Below are positions 57,392 through 64,000 of a stretch of 64,000 nt of DNA, in pieces. Source of the stretch: a virus (taxonomy: Duplodnaviria; Heunggongvirae; Uroviricota; Caudoviricetes). The stretch lies in the IMG/VR virus record IMGVR_UViG_3300037312_000757. One strand, given 5' to 3'. The position numbers were made by a program, and so were the translations under genes. Numbering within the stretch: position 1 is the stretch's first letter; every line of letters begins with the position of its first letter. The notes below the pieces were generated by a model. That model saw only the letters and a program-made list of their open reading frames with translations, was not told where the DNA came from and made no database searches.

Positions 57392-58753
57392 TTATACGTT
57401 CCAGTATGATCTGGTTTTTGCAATGTATTCGGCCAGTTTGGCTGGCTGGTTGTCAGTGAGAATCTTGTACTCTGGTGTGTACATTGACATCTTGCGGGCT
57501 TTCGCAACAGGAACACCCATACCGATAGCCCAGAACATGTTGGTTGTCACCATACGCTCGCTACATGCAGGATCGGCATTCAATTCCCATTCCAGCTTCA
57601 GAGCATCATAGTAATCCATGATGTCCGTTTGCCAGTGGTTAGGTTTGTCTGCGTATGGAAAGCGATATCCATACTCTTCAGCTGACTTATCAAACTCGCT
57701 AGGCCAGTCGCGGCCGTCACGTGCAATAGTCAACGCACAGAATTTCCACGATACTGTGGTAAAATTGTCCTTAATCCATTGATGTGTGCGACGATTGCTT
57801 TCCAGCGGCTCACCAGGTAATCCAATTATTAGAGAGAACGCGGCAGATATCTGCTTTCCCCACGTATCATTATACAGCTTTGGTAACCACTCTTCAGCAT
57901 GTTTTCCACTCCAACCCTTACCAATGCTCTTGCTTCCTGTTTCATGTAATGATTCAATACCATGAAAACCCGTTAACAATCCTGAATTTGGCAAACGTGT
58001 GATCTGATCTTCTTTTGACCATATCAAATCAGCACGGAGGTATCCACCCCAGCCAAAGTCATTGTCATGTTTTTTCATTGCTTCAAGTAGCTCAATGCGA
58101 GCATCACTCTCATTGATCGTGTCATCAATAATTGCAGTTACACTTGATGCACCAAGCTTCTTGCGTGCATCCCAATCGAGCATCAAATTGTCAATCGTTC
58201 GCTCATATGTGCCAGCTTTGCGACCAATAAGTGGATAACCACAGAACTTGCAACTGAATCTGCAACCACGACCAAGGGCTAAAGGTAGAACTTCACCAGG
58301 AAGAATCGCGTCACCCTCCCAGAATTGTTCCTGCTCGAGTGATGGATGCCATATTTGCCCAATACCGTGATTGAACGCCTTGATTGCCGCGTCTTCGCCG
58401 AAGCTTTTGATTGTAATATCGTAGTCGCCCGGTTTTACGATGTAATGACGAGCACCACCAATCACCCATTTGATGTCAGGACGCATTTGCTTTAGCAATA
58501 GTCGTGCGTTGGTTACGGCTTCAGGTTCAGCGTTCCCCCAGAAGGTACTACTGACTCCCACGTATCCGTTTTGGATCACTAACTTACTAGTGACTTCTAC
58601 TAGTTCGTTGATGTCCCAACGATCAATCCACTCCAGGACCTGAGCTTTACAACCAGCTTTGCGCAACCAACTTGCAACAGAATAAGGACCCAGAGTTCGC
58701 ATCAACCAATGATTGCGGTTGATGCTGGGGTTCCAAATCACTAATTTGTTCAT
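57392..58753 (-). CDS. radical SAM protein (B12-binding-like N-terminus)
   Basis: GRGCRFSCKFC, DDTIN, YLRADL, GIES, IIGLPGE. Confidence 0.88.
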   Translation of the reverse strand: MNKLVIWNPSINRNHWLMRTLGPYSVASWLRKAGCKAQVLEWIDRWDINELVEVTSKLVIQNGYVGVSSTFWGNAEPEAVTNARLLLKQMRPDIKWVIGGARHYIVKPGDYDITIKSFGEDAAIKAFNHGIGQIWHPSLEQEQFWEGDAILPGEVLPLALGRGCRFSCKFCGYPLIGRKAGTYERTIDNLMLDWDARKKLGASSVTAIIDDTINESDARIELLEAMKKHDNDFGWGGYLRADLIWSKEDQITRLPNSGLLTGFHGIESLHETGSKSIGKGWSGKHAEEWLPKLYNDTWGKQISAAFSLIIGLPGEPLESNRRTHQWIKDNFTTVSWKFCALTIARDGRDWPSEFDKSAEEYGYRFPYADKPNHWQTDIMDYYDALKLEWELNADPACSERMVTTNMFWAIGMGVPVAKARKMSMYTPEYKILTDNQPAKLAEYIAKTRSYWNV

Positions 58754-59505
58754 ACCACTCCTTTAACCAAGATACCGTAGTGTGGTTCCTTGTTCTCAAA
58801 ATAATGAACGTAATTCATGCTGTCGATCAAAAATGCTTGGCCGGTGTCAGCTTGTGTGAAGTACATGTCATCAGGTAAGCAGGTGGTTGGAACAGAATCA
58901 TTTACTTCATTCCATTTCCCCATCCATGTCATGTCACGAAGCATAACCTTGCATTCTGGTTTCACTTCACGGAATTTCAATTTCCAGTCAGTACCACCAG
59001 CAAATAGACGGAAGCCGTAAAAGCCGTCAACATCCATATGCCATGCTAGATCACGATCGACCTTAAACACCAGAATCTTCCAGACATCAACACCAAACTT
59101 GTCGATGAAGTTGTCGCACACGTCGACCAAGCTTGGTACCGCTTCCTTGATTTCTGGGAACCAGCCAGCAACTTTATTGTATACGGTGAAATTAAGGTTT
59201 TGACCAGTTTGAATGCGTTCACGACGAGCAAAGTGGTAACCTGATACACCAAAAGCATCTTCGATTGGTGTGTATAGATTCTTGCATTGTTGCAGGTTGT
59301 TTACCACTCGATCATTGTGCAAGTAGTCATAGTCCTCGTACTTGAACAGATTGCCCGAGTCGATCATTGCTTCGTATGCTGGTAGGAAGTTTGAGAAGTC
59401 AGGCTTCTCAAATGAATAGTCCAGCTTTGAAATAGGACCGTCTTGCATGAGCTCCTTGATGCGATTGCTCGCTTCAAAGAAGTTTGGCATCACATTATAC
59501 TTCAT
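58750..59505 (-). CDS. putative 2OG-Fe(II)/cupin oxygenase
   Basis: LAWHMD...IDSMNYVH (HxD...H). Confidence 0.55.
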   Translation of the reverse strand: MKYNVMPNFFEASNRIKELMQDGPISKLDYSFEKPDFSNFLPAYEAMIDSGNLFKYEDYDYLHNDRVVNNLQQCKNLYTPIEDAFGVSGYHFARRERIQTGQNLNFTVYNKVAGWFPEIKEAVPSLVDVCDNFIDKFGVDVWKILVFKVDRDLAWHMDVDGFYGFRLFAGGTDWKLKFREVKPECKVMLRDMTWMGKWNEVNDSVPTTCLPDDMYFTQADTGQAFLIDSMNYVHYFENKEPHYGILVKGVV

Positions 59506-60106
59506 ATTCCACCACATCTTGAATGTTTAGTGCGTCAAATGCCCACTGGCGTTCCCTACAAGCAAAACAAGTTCCACATGACAACGATCCTTGTGGACGC
59601 TCTGTGCATGTATGTGTCAATGGGAGCAACGATTGCCGTCCAGTCTTGACCATAAGCTCAACCACATCGCGTTTGGTCGACAAACCGAAAGGCATGAACA
59701 TGTTTTGGTATTGAACCTTGTTGAAGCGATGCGGTTTTTGACCGTCGGGAATCGCATCAGCCCAAGGTGGATTCATTGTGATGCCCGTGTAGAAATAATC
59801 CTCCGTCTTACATACTTCAAGGAACGATGGTGACAGGGCACCGTTAGGATTCTTCGGATCTGGCAGCACAACATGCTGAGCAGGAAAATCTAAAGCTTTC
59901 AAGATCTCAGCCACAGTGCTGACACTTGTTTTCAAGTCGACCGTGTAAACTGTGACCTTGGATGGATCAAGTTGGGTCGCAAGCTCAGACATGAGCACCA
60001 TGCTATCCATTCCACCACTCATTGCCACACCGATACGAGTGTAATCCACTGGTACCGGAATGCGAATCATGGAATTGGTTAGCTGTGTTTCAATGTATAG
60101 AATCAT
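59495..60106 (-). CDS. QueC-like PP-loop ATPase
   Basis: MSGGMDS; THTC...SCGTCFACRER. Confidence 0.8.
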   Translation of the reverse strand: MILYIETQLTNSMIRIPVPVDYTRIGVAMSGGMDSMVLMSELATQLDPSKVTVYTVDLKTSVSTVAEILKALDFPAQHVVLPDPKNPNGALSPSFLEVCKTEDYFYTGITMNPPWADAIPDGQKPHRFNKVQYQNMFMPFGLSTKRDVVELMVKTGRQSLLPLTHTCTERPQGSLSCGTCFACRERQWAFDALNIQDVVEYEV

Positions 60107-60933
60107 TTGAACAATAGTCCTTTCCTCAGCAGATCAAATGGATGTGTGCCGAAGAATTGGTTTTTCGTGAACGCGTCACCATCTACATTGATCCATGGCA
60201 TCACGCCAAGCACGATGTGAATGCGTGGTAACAGCGATTGCGGTGGCCCTTTTGCATAGACACGATGTGGAATGCGTGTATTCCATACGTAGAACTTGCC
60301 TACTTCAAGATGCTTCTCAAGTTCAAGCGCGTTGCCAAACTCATCACTACCAGTAATCTCCAACACGTATTCTGGCGACGTCTGCAATGGAATGTTCACA
60401 CGCAGATTCTGGAATGGAAACTCGTCACGATGATAGTTGTAATTGTAAATGGTATCATCAACTGGATCTATATATGCAACACGGCTACGAGTAAGCTGGC
60501 AGTTCAATCTGTCAAGCAACGGTGCATAATGTTTGGCCACCGCAGGATGAATAACAGAGAAGCGATATGTGTCGTGATATGAATTCTTCAGCGTGTCAAT
60601 ATTGCCTGTGCCTTCCGCACGGCTGAAGTTCTGTGTGAGACGAGGATCACCCCATGTTTGATATGCATCATCACCATTTGCTGGGTTATACGTGAGGCTG
60701 AACCCTTTGTAAGTATCGCTAATTTTGTTGTTTGAACGCCAACCCTGCAATCGACCCAGATCCTTCTCAATTGCAAAGGTCGCATTCAGCAATTCATCGG
60801 CAGTTGGTAGATCAAAGTCAGCCAGGTCGAACTCAAAGAATTGCTGCTGATAATGCGGATCGTACAAACCATGAATGTCGAATGCATCCTGCACTTCTTC
60901 AAGCAACGTCTTATCGCTTGATGTGTTTGACAT
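60103..60933 (-). CDS. putative 2OG-Fe(II) oxygenase (Asp/Asn beta-hydroxylase-like)
   Basis: RSRV, YHRD, RVNIPL, WNTRIPH, RIHIV. Confidence 0.7.
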   Translation of the reverse strand: MSNTSSDKTLLEEVQDAFDIHGLYDPHYQQQFFEFDLADFDLPTADELLNATFAIEKDLGRLQGWRSNNKISDTYKGFSLTYNPANGDDAYQTWGDPRLTQNFSRAEGTGNIDTLKNSYHDTYRFSVIHPAVAKHYAPLLDRLNCQLTRSRVAYIDPVDDTIYNYNYHRDEFPFQNLRVNIPLQTSPEYVLEITGSDEFGNALELEKHLEVGKFYVWNTRIPHRVYAKGPPQSLLPRIHIVLGVMPWINVDGDAFTKNQFFGTHPFDLLRKGLLFK

Positions 60934-61372
60934 AGTGATTAACCTTGTTTTCAACCTCGTCCTTCAATGGACCCAGGTAATATTCAAACCCAGCTTTCAA
61001 GTAAACAGGCAGGGCATTATCTTTAGGATAGGACCAGACCGTAAAACCCTCAGGAGCACGTCTAATAACCTCACCAAGCAGTTGGCCGGCGATGCCTTTA
61101 CCCCGATGTGAATCACACACGTAGAGGCCCCTTGAGCGTATGGTGATGCCAATACGATGAAAGCTGTTAACACCAACCAACAGGTCACCATCGTAGAAGC
61201 CCATGAATGTAGCTAGTCCGACATCGTTTGAGTAAAGACGAGTTATTCCAGCATTTAGTTCTTCTGGTGTGATAAGCACCATAGCCGACGTTTGTTCGAT
61301 GGGAGACACTCGATCCTTCCAGAGATCTTTCCATAACGTCATACATTCTTCAAATGAGATGTCTTTGATCAT
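60911..61372 (-). CDS. GNAT acetyltransferase
   Basis: RGLYV..SHRGKGIA..LL, A.PVYLKAGF. Confidence 0.85.
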   Translation of the reverse strand: MIKDISFEECMTLWKDLWKDRVSPIEQTSAMVLITPEELNAGITRLYSNDVGLATFMGFYDGDLLVGVNSFHRIGITIRSRGLYVCDSHRGKGIAGQLLGEVIRRAPEGFTVWSYPKDNALPVYLKAGFEYYLGPLKDEVENKVNHYVKHIKR

Positions 61373-61863
61373 TTCATCCGGCTACAGAAAGGGGTCAACC
61401 ACAATGTTGGATCAGGACGCGCCTTCACATAGTGAGGCAGCTTCACATTCAACAGAATGTGGTTATGACCTGTCATATCATATGCTACTTCGTTGACCAT
61501 AACGTCCTTGATGTCATTGTTTGGTGACAAGCCAACGATTGACTGATAGTGAGCTTCCATCTCACCTGGGTACTTATGCACGTGATCCAACACGGGTACG
61601 TTTGCATCGACCGCAAAAACGATCATCAGCTTGATATAGTCGAGTTGCATGAGGTCAACTGCGCGAGTAAACAAGTCAGTCTTCAGTTCTTCAGGAGTGA
61701 ATACGTCTCGATGAGCAGCGCCAATACCAAGATCACCACCAGAAAAATTGACGATGATGATATTGGATTTGTTGTTGGGATTACGTGATCGTACAAGACT
61801 CTTAACATAGTCGAAGTCCTCTTGCTTGTATTCAAGCGGAAGGTTATTTTTGATCCACAACAT
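61369..61863 (-). CDS. putative cupin/oxygenase-like protein
   Basis: DHVH...LNVKLPH; start MLWIK. Confidence 0.55.
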   Translation of the reverse strand: MLWIKNNLPLEYKQEDFDYVKSLVRSRNPNNKSNIIIVNFSGGDLGIGAAHRDVFTPEELKTDLFTRAVDLMQLDYIKLMIVFAVDANVPVLDHVHKYPGEMEAHYQSIVGLSPNNDIKDVMVNEVAYDMTGHNHILLNVKLPHYVKARPDPTLWLTPFCSRMK

Positions 61864-62140
61864 TCTCAGCAGACTCCGTGTATGAAATACCAAGCGTTTC
61901 CCAACGTAACTGTTCAGCATCATATACCTTTTGCCAAGCCGCCTGCAGCTTAGGAAACAATGCATCAGGTACCACCTCTACAATGTAGAGGACACCCTTG
62001 TTGGCACCATGATATGTGACTGAACGATCAATGAATGCGGTGTCGATAAAGCTCAACAGTCCTTTGTATGCGTCTGAAGTGAAGTACGCCATCGCATGTT
62101 CGAAATTGTGTTTCAGTGTACGAGTAATGAGTATCACCAT
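61844..62140 (-). CDS. hypothetical protein
   Basis: 98 aa; overlaps both neighbours. Confidence 0.6.
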   Translation of the reverse strand: MVILITRTLKHNFEHAMAYFTSDAYKGLLSFIDTAFIDRSVTYHGANKGVLYIVEVVPDALFPKLQAAWQKVYDAEQLRWETLGISYTESAENVVDQK

Positions 62141-63027
62141 TTCTCCAATTTGTGAAAGTTTGTTCTTATGTACGGTATATGTGTCTGTGTCGAATACACC
62201 GTTTCCTTCGTCTTAAAATTCTCTAGCATCTCATCAGCAGGAATGAACATCCAACTTTCGCTATAACCATGTTTGAGAAAAATGCGTTCACGCATTTCGT
62301 TGTCGATATGCTCGTAACCTTCAAAACCATGAAACTTCTGGCGTTGCTTAATGTCAATGTCAAACCACTGTTTGTATTGCAGATGCTTTCTATCCCGTCC
62401 GTCACTGACACCAAACGTATGGAAATCAGTAAACTCTGGGCTACTAATTAACGATGCAATCATTTCGGGTGTCGAACGTAATGGCGACACCGCTCCGTTG
62501 AAACCTTGCAAGTAGGCTAAGATAGAATAATCTTTTTCGCGCTCTTGAATGTGAGTTGCACCGTTGACAATCTTAGGCTCAGGATGGATTGCGGGAAGGA
62601 TTGTGAATCGTTCCATGCTCTCAACCATAGCCATGTATGCCTGGATGGGCAGTTGTGGGCTAGTGCATTTGTATGCAGCAACAAAATCCCAGAACCACTT
62701 TGACTCCCAGAAGACATCGAGATTGATGTCCTTGTAGACAAGCTTGCAGTGCGAGTCAAGCTCAGGCACATAGGCAAGGTCGTGTTCATTTACACATTTG
62801 CCTTCGTACAGGAATCGATACGCAACACCAGTCACATCTTTGCCATGTCCAGCCATCCACTTGGCCATCACTTCACTATCAGCTCCACCACTCACAAGAA
62901 CGGTAATACTTTGCGGATACTGATCGGCGATCCTTGCCAACTCTTCGTTGGGTGTACCGAAATCTTCAGCTTTACCCAACGTGATTGCGAAATGATCGTT
63001 GTCAATCTGGTGGTATATGTTGTGCAT
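62134..63027 (-). CDS. PP-loop (adenine nucleotide alpha hydrolase) family protein
   Basis: VLVSGGADSE; SPQ; RQKFHGFE. Confidence 0.75.
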   Translation of the reverse strand: MHNIYHQIDNDHFAITLGKAEDFGTPNEELARIADQYPQSITVLVSGGADSEVMAKWMAGHGKDVTGVAYRFLYEGKCVNEHDLAYVPELDSHCKLVYKDINLDVFWESKWFWDFVAAYKCTSPQLPIQAYMAMVESMERFTILPAIHPEPKIVNGATHIQEREKDYSILAYLQGFNGAVSPLRSTPEMIASLISSPEFTDFHTFGVSDGRDRKHLQYKQWFDIDIKQRQKFHGFEGYEHIDNEMRERIFLKHGYSESWMFIPADEMLENFKTKETVYSTQTHIPYIRTNFHKLEKW

Positions 63028-63043
63028 GTCGATATTTACTATT

Positions 63044-64000
63044 CTATTTCAGGATTAAACCGTGCGGAGCGTGAACACCAGAAAATGGAAAGTCTTCAAT
63101 CTTTATAATCAAACCAGATGTGGCTGTTGGATCAATAATGAATTCGTTGCATTGCCAATCATATTTTTGGTCTGCGTTATTCAGCAGATTGTCAAAGTAG
63201 GCAAGGAAGAAATTAGGACAAATATATCGATGAAGCGTAGTCCAAAATGCGCCAGCTCTTACATTGAAGTCAAACACACGTGGTAAAGGTTCAGCGGGAA
63301 ATGCCTGGAAACTACCAAATGTTCCTCGTGGAAAATGCCGTGCGAAGTCAAACTCATCAACGTTGGTGATTGTGTTGTGAGTCGGTGCGTTTGCGTTGGC
63401 GTGTGCTCGACAGAACGTTGTCATCCAGTGTTGCGCGATACCGTCATTCATGTAGTGGTGATACATGAATCCTTCGTTCTCAATAAACTCTTGAAACACG
63501 TAACGACCAAGTACGCCAGTGTGGTTTTGTGCCCATTCGAACCGATGTTCACCATCAGCCAGCTCTTTGCGCAAATAATCTCGGAAGTGTCCAATTGAAT
63601 CATACCGTTGATATGCCCAAGGATCTCCACCCAGGCTGCCCGAACCGTTTGCTGGTTTGATGATGATTGGAAGACCATCAGGGACTTCGTTCAGCTCACT
63701 CCAGGTCGGAATGTCTTGCAGCTTGTCACTGAGACGGCCAAGGTTTGACTTGTGCGTTGATTCAAGCGGAATGCACTCGTGCCCCAGTTCAGTGTTGAGC
63801 GCTGATACAGCGTCACCAAGCGCGTCCGTGCAACCGATAAAGAAGTCGATGTCTCGACCCTTCGCAAGCGCTACGAGGTCAGGAACCGCAGCCGCAACGA
63901 ACGTATTAGGCACGTCACGATGCAGTGGCCCGCGAGAGAAGATTAGAGGGTGGTGACCGACGGCTTGAATAGCGTCGTAATAGTCAAGAGCCTTTGACTG
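63044..64000 (-). CDS. ATP-grasp-fold protein, 5' end outside window
   Basis: IIIKPANGSGS.G, VFQEFI, FDFNVR; frame stays open to 64000. Confidence 0.7.
   Translation of the reverse strand, partial: QSKALDYYDAIQAVGHHPLIFSRGPLHRDVPNTFVAAAVPDLVALAKGRDIDFFIGCTDALGDAVSALNTELGHECIPLESTHKSNLGRLSDKLQDIPTWSELNEVPDGLPIIIKPANGSGSLGGDPWAYQRYDSIGHFRDYLRKELADGEHRFEWAQNHTGVLGRYVFQEFIENEGFMYHHYMNDGIAQHWMTTFCRAHANANAPTHNTITNVDEFDFARHFPRGTFGSFQAFPAEPLPRVFDFNVRAGAFWTTLHRYICPNFFLAYFDNLLNNADQKYDWQCNEFIIDPTATSGLIIKIEDFPFSGVHAPHGLILK

Noticed and set aside
59495-60106. queC as proof of 7-deazaguanine DNA modification
   Set aside because: Only the PP-loop and Zn motifs are shared, and partner genes are absent from the window.
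1-64000. Genome-wide UGA or UAG reassignment
   Set aside because: Many genes end at TGA with ATGA/TGATG coupling, and full-length conserved enzymes end normally under code 11; I found an internal stop only in the RF gene.

Overview
This window is 64 kb of a large (jumbo-type, T4-superfamily-like) phage genome. Host-like dut, ugd and a PAS hybrid kinase suggest a Burkholderiales/betaproteobacterial host (inference). Genes are dense and mostly on the - strand, driven by sigma70-like promoters with phage-specific spacer motifs and by TAAATA late-type promoters. Recognisable genes include phoH, clamp loader, GroES-like, a DnaE fragment, dUTPase, IscA/HesB, a cell-wall hydrolase, M16 peptidase, Macro and 2H enzymes, a metallophosphatase, a hybrid histidine kinase, a LexA-type HTH, a 1526-aa tail fibre, YqeY, HNH-RNA ligase, Pth2, an amidoligase, ugd/plcP-like/agt-like genes, AlkB, a radical-SAM/PP-loop/ATP-grasp/oxygenase cluster, tRNA-Leu(CAA) and tRNA-Arg(CCG). 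The most notable observations: (1) an RF1-type release factor gene, split in the ORF track, with one in-frame UGA at a position that is usually Trp; (2) a 280-nt tRNA-shaped RNA whose anticodon arm is replaced by a ~225-nt structured insert; (3) a ~450-nt promoter-driven structured RNA with group-I-like pseudoknot topology upstream of a GNAT gene; (4) a ~20-member hypervariable paralog family containing a duplicated, covarying structured element; (5) a PlcP-Agt-Ugd-like lipid-remodelling module interrupted by a frameshifted endonuclease. All calls are by eye; no searches were run.
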